Positions 1-12,240 of a DNA stretch of 64,000 bases are shown here, piece by piece (within the stretch, counting starts at the first letter, position 1; each line of letters begins with the position of its first letter). The DNA comes from Octopus vulgaris (Eukaryota): contig OX597838.1 in NCBI GenBank assembly GCA_951406725.2, positions 14,260,001 to 14,324,000 of the forward strand, written 5' to 3'. The notes beneath the pieces were generated by a model that did no database searches, was not told the origin of the DNA, and saw nothing but the letters and a program-made list of their open reading frames with translations. Position numbers and translations under genes: made by a program.

Positions 1-185
1 TCTACGTTCTCTCTCTATGACTCTTCACTACTATGTCACACATTATACACTCCTCATACCCTCTTTCTCATCCCTCTCTCTATAATTCTCCCTGTCACTC
101 TCTAGCCTCCTACTCCTATATACTACAGTTCGATCATCCATTCACACATTTAAAGTTCACACACTTCTTGCACTGTTCTTCCCCT

Positions 186-385
186 TTACCGCGTGTGTAT
201 CGTTGGCGACTTTCTCTGTCTTCCCTTCATTGGACCTTTTCTTTTTTTCTATATTTCTGACGAAGAGCTCCGCTCAAAACGTTAACTCCTTTCCTTTCCT
301 TTCCTGAGCGTCCAATAACACTATACGTGTTCCACGTACTCGCGTTGCTGTGTTTTCTCTTTGTTTGGATTTATTTGTTTGGATT
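186..385 (+). mobile_element. Short non-autonomous repeat family H1 (Penelope-terminus/retrozyme-like) carrying a hammerhead-like motif at 253-286
   Basis: Homologous to 1393-1600 and 52126-52325; contains CTGACGA-AGAGC-TCC-GCTC-(A)AAA-CGTT. Confidence 0.7.
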
Positions 386-398
386 TATTATATATATA

Positions 399-767
399 TC
401 ATCATCATCATCATCATCGTTTAACGTCCACTTTCCATGCTAGCATGGGTTGGACGGTTCAACTGGGGTCTGGGAAGCCAGAAGGCTGCACCAAGCCCAG
501 TCAGATCTGGCAGCGTTTCTACGGCTGGATGCCCTTCCTAACGCTAGCCACTCTGTGAGTGTAATGGGTGCTTTTTACGTGCCACCGACACAGGTGCCAG
601 GCAAGGCTGGCGAACAGCCATGCACGGATGGTGTTTGTTACGTGCCACCGGCACAGAGGCCAGTTGATGCGGTGCTGGCTACGGCCATGTTCGGATCAAA
701 TTCCATTGATGTTGATTGATTTCGATTTTGATTTTCACTTGCCTCAACAGGTCTTCACAAGTAGAGT

Positions 768-770
<3 letters not shown>
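399..770 (-). mobile_element. 5'-truncated RTE LINE 3' end with (GAT)n tail
   Basis: (CAT)n + CGTTTAACGTCC..TTTCCATGCTAGCATGGGTTGGACG..GGATGCCCTTCCTAACG shared with 798-1357, 7254-7563, 22224-22582. Confidence 0.8.
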
Positions 771-797
<27 letters not shown>

Positions 798-798
<1 letters not shown>

Positions 799-1357
799 CA
801 TCATCATCATCATCATCATCATTTAACGTCTGCTTTCCATGCTAGCATGGGTTGGACGATATGACTGAGGTCTAGCGAACCAGATGGCTGCACCAGGCTC
901 CAATCTGTTCTGGCAGAGTTTCTACAGCTGGATGCCCTTTCTAATCCCAATCACTCCGAGAGTGTAGTGGGTGCTTTTACGTGCCACTGGCACAAGAGCC
1001 AGTCAGGCGGTACTGGCAACGGCCACGCTCAAATGGTGCTTTCTATGTGCCACCTGCACAGGAGCCAGTCCAGCGGCGGAAGCCAGTTTGTTGCTCTGGC
1101 AACGATCACGCTTGGATGGTACTCTTAGCGCTCCACTAGCATGGATGCCAGTCATTGAATTTGATATCGATTTCGATTTCACTTGCCTCAACAGGTCTTT
1201 GCAAGCAGAGTTTAATGTCCAATGAAGGAAAGGTACGCATAAGTGGGTTGGTTACACCCCTGGCATAGGCTGCGAGGTTATGGTGTCACTTGGCTTGCCG
1301 AGTCTTCTCAAACACAGCATATTTCCAAAGGTCCTGGTCACTAGTCATTGCCTCGGC
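798..1357 (-). mobile_element. 5'-truncated RTE LINE (ORF C-terminus + 3'UTR)
   Basis: Minus strand about 1357-1287 reads EAMTSDQDLWKYAVFEKTRQAK*, typical end of an RTE ORF, followed by a 3'UTR with internal GTGCCAC subrepeats and a (GAT)n tail. Confidence 0.8.
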
Positions 1358-1392
1358 ATATATATATGTGCATGTGTGTGTGTGTGTAAATG

Positions 1393-1596
1393 TGACCGCG
1401 TGTGTACCGTTGGCGATTTTTTTTCCTCTGTCTTCCCTTCTCTGGATCTTTCCTTTTTCTATGTTTCCGATGAAGAGCTCCGTTCGAAATATTAAACCCT
1501 CCTTCTTTCTTTCTTTCCTTAGTGTCCAATAAAACTAAATTTGTTCCTAGTCCTCGCGTTGTTGTGTTTTTTTGTGCTTTCTTGTTTTAACTATAT

Positions 1597-1600
<4 letters not shown>
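1393..1600 (+). mobile_element. Repeat family H1 copy with hammerhead-like motif at 1463-1497
   Basis: GTTT-CCGATGA-AGAGC-TCC-GTTC-GAAA-TATT-AAAC; homologous to 186-385 and 52126-52325. Confidence 0.75.
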
Positions 1601-1642
<42 letters not shown>

Positions 1643-1707
1643 GGATATATAATTTTGCCACCAACATGGTACACTTCGATTGTGTATATATTGTATATAA
1701 TTGTATA

Positions 1708-1848
1708 TGTGTGGCTGTGTGCTAAGAAGTTTACTTCCCAACCAAATGGGTTCAGGATCAGTCCCACAGTGAAGCACTTTGAGCAAGTGTCTTTTATTAT
1801 ACCCTTGGACCAAATAAAACCTTGAGTGGATTTGGTAGATGGAAACTG
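1708..1848 (+). mobile_element. Degenerate 5' part of SINE family A
   Basis: TGGCTGTGTG...GAGTGGATTTGGTAGATGGAAACTG matches family A head and body. Confidence 0.6.
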
Positions 1849-2395
1849 CTGCTGTTAGTAATGGTGGTGGTGATGGTGATGGTGGTGGTTGTGATGTCTC
1901 ACTCAAGCTTTGCTTTTATAAGCAACACGCTGTTAACAACAACAGTAACAACAACAAGACTAACAATTATAAGGAATTCCCTCCAGAATTATGTAACATA
2001 ATTATAAAAAAAAAAGAATTTGTGAATCCATTATTTTAAATATTTTAATATTTTAAAGAATTTCAAATAGTAAAAACAAAAAAAAAAGATATTTTTCTTT
2101 CAATAATGTCAAGATGTTTGTGTGTGTGTGTGTGTGTGTTCGTGGATGTGCGTGTGCATGCATGTGTGCACGTGCATTGTGTGCACATGCATTGTGTGCA
2201 TCTGTTATGTTGTATGTGTCTGTTGTGTACATGTGTGTGCATGTATACACACATTCACACATATATATATATATATAGTTGTGAGCAACTCTGTATGTGT
2301 GTGTGTGTATGCATATATATATATATATATGTATGTTTGTATGTATATATATCTATATGTCTATATCTATCTATCTAGATAGATGGATTTGATAA

Positions 2396-2454
<59 letters not shown>

Positions 2455-2573
2455 CACACATACATACATACATTCATGCATATACATACATGTATGCATA
2501 CATACATATATGTATTTATATATATGCTCCAGCATGGCCACAGTCATTAGACTGAAGCATATAAAAGAATAAA

Positions 2574-2620
<47 letters not shown>

Positions 2621-2871
2621 TAGGTAGATAGATAGATAGATACATACATATATACATACATGCATAGTAGATACATACATACATACATACATAAACACAT
2701 ACATACATACATACATATGTGTGTGTGTGTGTGTATGCATGTGTGTATGTGTCTGTTGTGCATTTTCTCTTGTATTTTATTGGTTACAGATTATTATTAT
2801 CTTTATTATAAATTATCATCAATGTCATCATTGTTGTTGTTATTATTAATTATTATTATTATTAATTATTA

Positions 2872-2935
<64 letters not shown>

Positions 2936-3365
2936 CATCATTCCTCTTGTTTAATTGTGATGAACACTTGAGGCTTTAGCACAAACAGCCAATCTTTTGG
3001 AAATACTTCAGGGCGGTTTGGGTTGGGTGGGGTGGGGTGGGGTGGGGTGGGGAGAAGAAGATAAAAAGAAAAGAAAGGAAAAGAAGAAAATACCAAAACT
3101 GAAAAAAAAAAAAAAAATCAACAAATAATAAGGAAGCAATGACTGTCTATAGAAATGGTAAAGATGTTGCTGACATGTCCATTATTAGGAATTCGTCAAA
3201 AAACATCATGTATTTCAGAATATTTTCTCAAAGAAATTTTCCCTTGATCAATTGGTTTTATATATATATATATATATTTGCATGTATGTATGTATACATA
3301 TATATATATGTGTGTGGTGTGTGTGTGTGTACGTATGCATGTGTATATGTGAACATGTATGTATG

Positions 3366-3402
<37 letters not shown>

Positions 3403-3437
3403 ACGTATGCATGTGTATATGTGAACATGTATGTATG

Positions 3438-3470
<33 letters not shown>

Positions 3471-4087
3471 ATGTATGCATCTGTATATGTGCACATGTGT
3501 GTATGTATGCATGTGTGTATGCCTGTATGCATGTTTGTATATATGCATTATGTGCATATGTATGTATATATGTATATATATATGTATGTATGTATATATG
3601 TATGTATGTATATATGTATGTATATGTATGTATGTGTGTATGTGTGTGTTTATGTATATATGCATATGTGTGACTGTGTATGTATGCATGTATGTACACA
3701 GACACACACATACACACACACATGCACACTCATATGCATAGTCACATACAGACATACACATACACACATATATATATATATACGTGTATGTGTGTACATG
3801 TGTCTACATGTGTGTGTGTGATTATGTGTGTGCATGTGTTTGTGTATGTGTGTGTAATATTTATGTATATTATATAATGGCATCCACTTCCTTTGTTTTC
3901 GGTATCTCTGTTGCAAAATTTTTGCTCGGGAATGATTTTTAAAATGGTAATGGAAATCAAGAAGCACCTGTATTTTCTAGAATATCCAAAGATTACCTGA
4001 AGCACCTGTGGACAATCGAAAATTTTAACATTTATCTGCTTCTATGATTCTTACTCACCACACACACACACACATACATATAAGATA

Positions 4088-4368
4088 AACTGGCTCATAA
4101 GGGCCAGTTTCCTGGTTTCCTTGGCGTATAGGTTCCCCACCTGGATGGGATGCCGGTCCGTCGCAGGTGAGCTGCAAGATACAGGAGGAAAGAGTGAGAG
4201 AACGTTGTGGCAAAAAAGTCAGCAGAAGTTCGCCATTACCTTCTGCCGGAGCCGCTTGGTGCTTAGATGTTTTCACTCATAAACACACACATTGCTTGGT
4301 CTGAGATTCGAACCCGCGATCCCTCGACCGTGAGTCTGCTGCTCTAACCATTGGGCAATGTGCCTCCA
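4088..4368 (-). mobile_element. tRNA-derived SINE family D
   Basis: Minus-strand head with B box GGTTCGAATC; near-identical to 28148-28454. Confidence 0.85.
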
Positions 4369-4369
4369 C

Positions 4370-4616
4370 TGGAGGCGGTGACAAGTGGCTGAGACCTTTG
4401 GCAATAAATTATGCTTGAGAAGACCTGTCAAGCCAAGTGAGATCATAGTCGTGGCACATAAAAAGCACCCACTACACTCTTGGAGTGGTTGGCATTAGGA
4501 AGAGCATCCAGCCATAAAAACCATGCCAAATCAGATTGGAACCTGGTGCAGCTCCCTAGATTACCAGTTTTCAGTCAAACTGTCCAACCCATGCCAGTAT
4601 GGAAAATGAATGTTAA
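4370..4616 (+). mobile_element. RTE LINE 3' end whose tail is interrupted by SINE B and SINE A
   Basis: LEKTCQAK*-like ORF end, GGCATTAGGAAGAGCATCCAGC..CCAACCCATGCCAGTATGGAAAATG; (GAT)n tail resumes at about 5281. Confidence 0.75.
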
Positions 4617-4848
4617 GGTGGCGAGCTGGCAGAAACGTTAGCACGCCGGGTGAAATGCTTAGCAGTATTTCATCTGCCGTTACGTTCTGAGTTCAAATTC
4701 CACCGAGGTCAACTTTGCCTTTCATCCTTTCGGGGTCAATAAATTAAGTACCAGTTGCGCACTCGGGATGATGTAATCGACTTAATCCCTTTGTCTGTCC
4801 TTGTTTGTCCCATCTATGTTTAGCCCCTTGTGGGCAATAAATAAATAA
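4617..4848 (+). mobile_element. tRNA-derived SINE family B with 16-bp TSD
   Basis: GGCGAGCTGGCAGAAACGTTAGC..GAGTTCAAATTCC..GCCTTTCATCCTTTCGGGGTC; TSD GGAAAATGAATGTTAA at 4601-4616 and 4849-4864. Confidence 0.9.
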
Positions 4849-4864
4849 GGAAAATGAATGTTAA

Positions 4865-5280
4865 AGGAGTGGCTGTGTGGTAAGTAGCTTGCTTACCAAC
4901 CACATGGTTCCGGGTTCATTCCCACTGCGTGGCACTTTGGGCAAGTGTCTTCTACTATAGCCTCAGGCCAACCAAAGCCTTGTGAGTGGATTTGGTAGAC
5001 GGAAACTGGAAGAAGCCCTTTGTATATATGTATATATATATATATATGTATGTGTGTATGTGTTTGTGTTTATGTGTCTGTGTTTGACCCCCCACCATTG
5101 CTTGACAACCTATGGTGGTGTGTTTATGTCCCCGTAACTTAGTGGTTCAGCAAAAGGGACTGATAGAATAAGTACTAGGCTTACAAAGAATAAGTCCTGG
5201 GGTCGATTTACTCGACTAAAGGTGGTGCTCCAGCATGGCCGCAGTCAAATGACTGAAACAAGTAAAAGAGAGTAAAGAGA
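4865..5280 (+). mobile_element. tRNA-derived SINE family A (about 400 bp, internal TA/TG microsatellite)
   Basis: A-box-like TGGCTGTGTGG, B-box-like GGTTCA(G/T)TCCC, 3' GCTCCAGCATGGCCGCAGTCAAATGACTGAAACAAGTAAAAGAG; more than 12 copies in the window. Confidence 0.9.
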
Positions 5281-5311
5281 GATGATGACAATGATGAATG
5301 TGGTTTTTAAG

Positions 5312-5530
5312 GTTGAGAGCCGGCAGAATTGCTAACATGCCAGGCAAAATGCTTAGCGACATCTTGTCTGTCTCTATGTTCCTGGTTCAAATTCTGCCCT
5401 AGGTCAACTATGCCTTTTACCCTTTTGGGGTTGATAGACTAAGTACTTGTTGAGCATTGGGGTCAGTGTAATTGACTAGCCCGCTCCCCTAAAATTTCAG
5501 GCTTTGTGCTTATAGAAGAAAGGATTATTA
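5312..5530 (+). mobile_element. SINE family B, older subfamily with alternative 3' tail
   Basis: Family B head and core followed by CCCCTAAAATTTCAGGCTTTGTGCTTATAGAAGAAAGGATTATTA tail; similar to 8992-9215. Confidence 0.75.
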
Positions 5531-5757
5531 ATATGGTGTTTGCAATGATATTCGGTAAAAGTTCCATTAATCCAGTCGCCGAAAGTCTTAACAGACTTGA
5601 TTGCCTTGAACGCCAACTTGAGGTAATGGCAGAGAGGACACTTGCTCAAACTGTGATGCAGGGAAGCAGAAGCTAGGTCCATGTGGGGGAAACTTTATAA
5701 TGATTCGTTTTGGGGGCCTCATTTCTCTGTTTCTGTAGAAGGACGAGATGGGGGGGC

Positions 5758-6397
5758 AAAGAAGAAGAAGAAGAAGAAGAAGAAGAAGAAGAAGGCGGAG
5801 GAGGGGGGGAGAAGAAAGAAAGAAAATAACAATGATAATGAGGAGGAGAAAGAGGAGGAGGAGGAAAATAATAATAATGGGGAGAAGAAGAAGAAGAAGA
5901 AGAAGAAGAAGAAGAAGAAGAAGAAGAAGAAGAAGAAGAAGAAAGAAGAAGAAAAAGAAGAAGAAAGAAGAAGAAGAAGAAAAGAAGAAGAAGAAAAAAG
6001 AAGAAGAAGAAGAAGAAGAAGAAGAAGAAGAAGAAGAAAAAGAAGAAGAAAAAGAAGAAGAAAAAGAAGAAGAAAAAAGAAGAAGAAGAAAAGAAGAAGA
6101 AGAAAAAGAAGAAGAAGAAAAAGAAGAAGAAGAAAAAGAAGAAGAAGAAGAAGTAGTAGAAGAAAAAGAAGAAGGAAAATAATAATGATAATGAGAAGAA
6201 GAAGAAGAAGAAGAAGAAGAAAAGAAAAAGAGGAAGAGGAAGAGGAAGAAGAAGAAGAGGAAGAAGAAGAGGAGGAAGAAAAAGTGGAAGAGGAAGAAGA
6301 AGAAGAGCAACAACAACGACGATGACTACGACAACAACAACAACAATAACAACAGCAGCAGCAGCTGCAGCAAAAATACAATAACAACAACAGCAGT

Positions 6398-6442
<45 letters not shown>
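5758..6442. repeat. Compound (AAG)n/(GAG)n/(CAA)n/(CAG)n microsatellite
   Basis: Direct reading. Confidence 0.95.
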
Positions 6443-6443
<1 letters not shown>

Positions 6444-6745
6444 TGAAGTTGGTCACATCTATATTGGTTTATCAATTTGTGGAAGCAAAGCAAGAATGTT
6501 GCAAATCTGTGAATTAGTCTCTTATATCCGAGTCTCGAGAAATAACAGCACCAAAGTGGATTAACAGACTTTGGTAGGTCAATTAAAGGTGTAATCAGAG
6601 AGAGTGAGTATGGCTTATTTCGAAGAAGACAAAGAAATAGAGAGATAGAGAAGCAGAGAAGGAAGGAGGGAGTAGGAGAGGGAAGGAGGGAGTAGAGAGA
6701 AGGGAGGAGACAGAGAGTAGGAGGAGAGAGTGTGAGCAGAGAAGT

Positions 6746-6782
<37 letters not shown>

Positions 6783-6976
6783 AAATAATCAATAGAAACA
6801 GAAGTTTAAAATAATTAGCAGTAAGATTGAGGAAGATGATAATTCCAAGTATACCTACATACATACATACATACATACATACATACATACATACATACAT
6901 ACATTCGTATTTACATATATACATACATGATAATTCAATGTACATATATACACACAAGTAGGCACACATAGATACC

Positions 6977-7023
<47 letters not shown>

Positions 7024-7253
7024 GTCTGTCTGTCTACCTATCTATCTATCTGTCTATCTATCTGTCTATCTATCTATCTATCTATCGTTTAATGAACACA
7101 GTATAAAGATACAAGCTACTAATAGTTTCATACATTGGAGATGTGAGGCAGGTTTTTATAACATGCCTCATGTCTCCAAGCAACCTTTTGGCTCTGAGCA
7201 CATGGCCTACAGTAAGCTATATGTATATATATATATTTATATATATATATATC

Positions 7254-7563
7254 CCTGTGCCGGTGACACGTAAAAAGCACCATCCGAACGTGGCCGATGC
7301 CAGCGCCGCCTTGACTGGCTTCCATGCTGTTGGCACGTAAAAAGCACCAACCGATTGTGGCTGTTGCCAGCCTCACCTGGCATGTAAAAAGCACCCACTA
7401 CACTCATGGAGTGGTTGGCGTTAGGAAGGGCATCCAGCTGTAGAAACACTGCCAGATCAGACTGGAGCCTGGTGCAGCCTCCTGGCTTCCCAGACCCCGG
7501 TCGAACTGTCCAACCCATGCTAGCATGGAAAATGGACGTTAAACGATGATGATGATGATGATG
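7254..7563 (+). mobile_element. RTE LINE 3'UTR fragment with (GAT)n tail
   Basis: GCACGTAAAAAGCACC subrepeats, GGCGTTAGGAAGGGCATCCAGCTGTAGAAAC, GGACGTTAAACGATGATG. Confidence 0.85.
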
Positions 7564-7703
7564 ATATATATATGTTCAGTAAAATCTAGATTCAGATGAA
7601 TATGGTACTTAACTTAAAGGCACCAGAATTTAGTAAGGTATTATCCATACAATTTCAAAATATGGTGATTAAAATCAAAATAAGCAACAAGGATATCCAG
7701 GGG

Positions 7704-7796
7704 TAACGCAGCCCGATCGTTTCATTCGACTCCATTTAATTGAACAATGCAATCATTACATCAATTTAAAATGTAGAGCAATCTTCAGCTGCACTA
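7704..7796 (-). ncRNA. Type I hammerhead-ribozyme-like motif with long stem II (cleavage triplet degenerate), within a probable Penelope-type terminal repeat at about 7570-7910
   Basis: Minus strand: UAGUGCAG-CUGAAGA-[58-nt hairpin]-GAAA-CGAUCG-GG-CUGCGUUA; 8-bp stem I, intact CUGANGA and GAAA boxes, palindromic stem III. Confidence 0.6.
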
Positions 7797-7918
7797 AGCC
7801 ATAGAATTTAATTAAATTAGAACAGATGGACACATTAGTATAATTTTACCTAAAATCTCCAAGAGGATAAGGAGATAGACAAAGAACATGTTTTACCAAC
7901 ACCATCACTGTATATATA

Positions 7919-8880
7919 TTGGGTCATCCCATAAATAATGTAGTTTTTAATACTTTTTTTATTTTTCAAAATTAAGAAAAAGTTCTTTTTAAATTTAAAA
8001 TATACTCACTTTCATTTCCTACAATGCTCTTCCATCTATTGGCTAATCTTGCAAGGTCCCTCTTCCAAAATTCACTTATCCATGATGTAAAATTCTCCTC
8101 CAGTACTGTTTTGACTTCGTTTACAGAATTCATATTTTTTCCATCCAAATGATTTTGAAGACTGCGGAATAAATGATAATCAGCTGTGGCAGTGTCCAGC
8201 GCATATGGCGGGTGGTGCATCATTTCCCATTCAAACTGCTCCAGCCTCTGGGGTGTCATCCTTTCATCTTGATGGAAGAACATCTTTCATCTTGAAACCA
8301 AAGATGGTCGTTTTCCTTCTAGCGCTGACTTAAGCCACTCAAGCTGTCACATTAGATCTCCTTTGTTATCATTTGGTTTGGGTTTAAAAGTTCAAAGTGG
8401 ACTAATATCCCACCAATCAGATTACAACACCCTATGTGGGTAAAGACCTTCTTTAGCCCGGAGTGCCAGTGTTTCTCCTTTCCCTACGCACTGTCTTCGA
8501 TGCTTGACATTTTTATAGAGAACCCATTTCTCGTCACCAGTTACTGTTCACTTCAAAAAGGTTCATTCGTGAGATGTGACAACAAAGAAAAACACACATT
8601 CACTCTTTGCGTGATTAGACTCAGAAAGTTTGTGAGGAACCCATTGACCCAATTTGCTGACTTTTCTGATGGCATTCAGGTGTTGATGAGTGGTTGAATG
8701 ACCAAATCCAGGCTACTCTACTAGTTCCTCAACAGTTATGATGGGATTTTGTTTCATCAGGGTTTGCAGGATGTCCTTGCTGAGCTCTACAGATCTTCCA
8801 GGGCAAGGTTCATCTTCTAGGCTGTGGTTTCTGGCTAAGGATTTCTGGGACCTCTGTTGACACTGGATTACACTTATTGT
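7919..8880 (-). mobile_element. Decayed mariner (DD34D) transposon
   Basis: Minus-strand motifs LEDEPCPGR, GQWVPHKLSE (WVPHEL), VTGDEKWV, HPPYALDTATADYHLFRSLQNHL (YSPDLAPSD); TA + TTGGGTCATCCCATAAATAATG terminal repeat at 7917-7940. Confidence 0.9.
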
Positions 8881-8991
8881 TCAATGTAATCTCCTCATCC
8901 CCGTCCCCCCAAAATTGTTGCTTCTGTGGCAAAATTTGAAACCATTATCTTTATTATTATTAATATTATTATTATTATTATTATAATAATA

Positions 8992-9215
8992 AGGTGGCAA
9001 GCTGGCTGAACCATTAACACGCTGGGCAAAATGCTTGGCGGTATTTCGTCTGCTGCTACGTTCTGAGTTCAAAGTCTACTGAGGTCGACTTTGCCTTTCA
9101 TCCTTTTTGGGGTCAAAAAAATTAGTACCATTTACGCACTGGGGTCGATGCAATCGACTAGTCCCCTCCCCACAATTTTGAGGCTTTCTGCTTCCAGTAG
9201 AAAGGATTATTATTA
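8992..9215 (+). mobile_element. SINE family B (alternative tail)
   Basis: GGTGGCAAGCTGGCTGAA..GAGTTCAAAG..GCCTTTCATCC..AGAAAGGATTATT. Confidence 0.8.
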
Positions 9216-9220
9216 TTATT

Positions 9221-9451
9221 GAGTGAGAGAGCAGTGCATGCCATCAAAGTTACACTGGGGTAAAATATATGAAGCTCAGTATACCCATCATGACTACCCG
9301 TCTGATAAAGGTACACTAGGCACATGCCCCACAACCATGTGTGCGCGACATGGTGATCTCATATCAAGATAAACAGCACATGACCTTGCAGGTGGGGCCC
9401 AGTTAGAATTTTCTTCTGGTCGAGTAACCCATCCTTCTCAAAAGGTCCCCG
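9221..9451 (-). mobile_element. Short element embedded in (TAA)n, probably the 3' end or a non-autonomous derivative of an R4/Dong LINE
   Basis: Flanked on both sides by (ATT)n; shares GTGCATGCCATCAAAGT.ACACTGGGGTAA with about 34377-34406. Confidence 0.45.
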
Positions 9452-9499
<48 letters not shown>

Positions 9500-9509
9500 G
9501 TTATTGTTA

Positions 9510-9550
<41 letters not shown>

Positions 9551-9555
9551 ATTGC

Positions 9556-9604
<49 letters not shown>

Positions 9605-9606
9605 GC

Positions 9607-9640
<34 letters not shown>

Positions 9641-9650
9641 GTTATTGTTA

Positions 9651-9685
<35 letters not shown>

Positions 9686-9687
9686 GC

Positions 9688-9741
<54 letters not shown>
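9452..9741. repeat. (ATT)n microsatellite
   Basis: Direct reading. Confidence 0.95.
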
Positions 9742-9848
9742 CATACACACACACACACATGCACACCACACATACACACATGCACACATATACACATGTG
9801 ATTGGATATGTTTGTGTAACAATTATTCCTTATATTTATATATATATA

Positions 9849-10013
9849 GGCACAGGAGCGGCTGTGTGGTAAGTAGCTTGTCTACCAACCACATGGTTCC
9901 GGGTTCAGTCCCACTGCGTGGCATCTTGGGCAAATTTCTTCTACTATAGCCTTGGGCTGACCAAAGCATTGTGAGTGGATTTGGTAGACGGAAACTGAAA
10001 GAAGCCCGTCTTA

Positions 10014-10044
<31 letters not shown>

Positions 10045-10270
10045 TTGTGTGTGTGTGTTTGTGTGTCTGTGTTTGTCCCCCTAGCATTGCTTGACAACCG
10101 ATGCTGGTGTGTTTATGTGCCCGTCACTTAGCGGTTCGGCAAAAAGAGACTGATAGAATAAGTACTGGGCTTACAAAAAAAAGAATAAGTCCCGGGATCG
10201 AGTTGCTCGATTAAAGGCGGTGCTCCAGCATGGCCGCAGTCAAATGACTGAAACAAGTAAAAGAGTAAAG
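9849..10270 (+). mobile_element. SINE family A, full length
   Basis: Full match to family A. Confidence 0.9.
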
Positions 10271-10744
10271 TGTAAGAGTATATATATACATGTATGTATG
10301 TATGTATGCATGAATGTATGTGTATGTGTGCATGTATTGCTATACATGTATATGTATGTATGTATGTATGTGTGTATATATGTGTGTATGAATGAACGAA
10401 CGAAGGTATTTGTATGAGAGTGTTATTCAATAGCTGCGTTAATCAATAAATGCTATTTTAATGTGGCTCCTCTTAGTTCAGTCAACAGATAGTGACAGGT
10501 GATGTAACGTATAGAGACAGGTGATATAATCAAATTGAGAGAAGTATCTAGACAAAAACTGTCAGGTAAAAGGTCAGGGGTGAGGTGATTTCTTCGAATT
10601 ATCTGTGCGAAGCATTTTGGGGGTGGGAAGCTTTGCTGGTAATTCTCCATAATCTGTGAATGCATTCACAGGTACGGGGGAATTAATACTGCTGTTGTTG
10701 TTACTACTGCTGCTGTTGTTGTTGTTGTTATCCTGTTCTTCCCC

Positions 10745-10935
10745 TTGCCAGCTGAGCCTTGATCTAGCAGTCTTATGATCAAAGTTGTTCCAGATGTGGC
10801 CAACCTGTTTTTTTTATTTAAGAACTACATTATCTGATATGTATTTTTGACTGTTTTTTTTCGTTTTGTTTTTTTAACAAGAAACTGTGATGTAATTCGA
10901 GGGAGATGTGGCTGCTGTTTCTCATTGCTCACCTG
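10745..10935 (-). mobile_element. Older dispersed SINE-like family G (other copies at about 11430-11660, 13105-13220, 25420-25600, 56655-57400, 63755-63950)
   Basis: Shared motifs TATGATCAAAG..TTCCAG, ACTACATTATC, GAGGGAGAT(T/G)TGGCTGCT.TTTCT. Confidence 0.6.
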
Positions 10936-10941
10936 GCTATT

Positions 10942-11342
10942 CTTTTATTTGTTCCAGTCATTTGACTGTGGCCATGCTGGAGCACCGCCTTTAGTCTAGC
11001 AAATCGACCCCAGGACTTATTGTTTGTAAGCCTAGTACTTATTCTATTGGTCTCTTTTGCCGAACCGCTATGTTACGGGGCTGTAACACACCAGCACCGA
11101 TTGTCAAGCGATGCTTGGGTGGACAAACCTAGACACACAAACATATATACACACACGCACACACACACACATATATATATATCAATGGGCTTCTTTCAGT
11201 TTCCGTCTACTAAATCCACTCACAAGGCTTTGGTCGGCCTGAGACTATAGCAGAAGACACTTGCCCAAGGTGCCACGCAGTAGGACTGAACCAAGAACCA
11301 TGTGGTTGGTAAGCAAGATACTTACCACACAGCCACTCCTGC
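10942..11342 (-). mobile_element. SINE family A, full length
   Basis: Reverse complement of family A. Confidence 0.9.
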
Positions 11343-11899
11343 GGCTATATGGAGGTCAACCTCGTTGAAATGGCTGTTGCTGTTGTTGTTGTTATTAATG
11401 TTGCTATTGTTGTTGGCTTTATCATAGTTGTTTTTGTTTAATTCCAGGTTAATCCTAATAAGGTAAACCTATGATTAAAGACCTTCCAACTGTGACCAAC
11501 TCATATTTTCCTCTATGCGGGGAATCCTGAACCACATAATAAACTATTTGTTTTTTTTTGTTTGTTTGTTTTTAAAGATGTTATGTTGTGATTTAAGGGA
11601 GATTTAGCTATCATTTCTTTCAGGTTGACTAGCCATACAGAAACTCCCAGGCTGGCTCATATCATCTCTGAGGAGGAGATATTAGCGTAAGCTCTTTTTT
11701 CACTACTCTGGTTTCTCAATTAGAAACATATTGTCGGCTTAAAATCAATAGCTCACTGTCCAGAACAGCAACTCTTTAAACCAGACAGAATCTACTGTTT
11801 GATCATCAATTATGAATCGTTAAAGATTCCCTGGAGTCTGAAAATTCACCCATTGTACTTCCACAGAGCTTGCTGACTCAAGTGGCATTCAATGGATTG

Positions 11900-12240
11900 A
11901 AGACAAAAGAGTTCTCTAAGGGAGACAATCAAACTTCTTTTGTTTCATCATTCTTCACTCATTTTTTATAGCATATTTTTAATCATGACATCAATCATTA
12001 ATTAATATCTAATCTTCTATGATATATTGTATTTTTTCTCAATCTTCTGGTTCTTTTTTTATCCATTTTGTCCATTACTTTGTCTTCCAGCCTTTTCATT
12101 ATTTTTTGCTCAATTTGTATACAGTATTCTTTTGTGGCTATCAATTTCACTTTAGTATCAATCAATTTTTCTACCAATCTAGCCATAGAGTCCTCTCTGC
12201 CTGTTTGTCTTCCCCTCCTTCTCTCTTTCTTTATATATAT
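11900..12240 (-). pseudogene. Possible decayed LINE ORF1 (coiled-coil) fragment
   Basis: MARLVEKLIDTKVKLI..EQKIMKRLEDKVMDKMDKK followed by NKRSLIVSLRE, resembling the CR1/L2 ORF1 motif RKxNLIIxGLxE. Confidence 0.3.

Noticed and set aside
5530-5680. Possible coding exon (..SLNRLDCLERQLE|GTAATG)
   Set aside because: No acceptor site or recognisable homology; short stop-free stretch between repeats.
5588-6456. Long ORFs (poly-K/R/E/S/L) and similar ORFs at 16856-17958, 26166-27210, 35331-36419, 55490-56230, 62246-63467
   Set aside because: Stop-free translations of microsatellites, open in several frames and on both strands.
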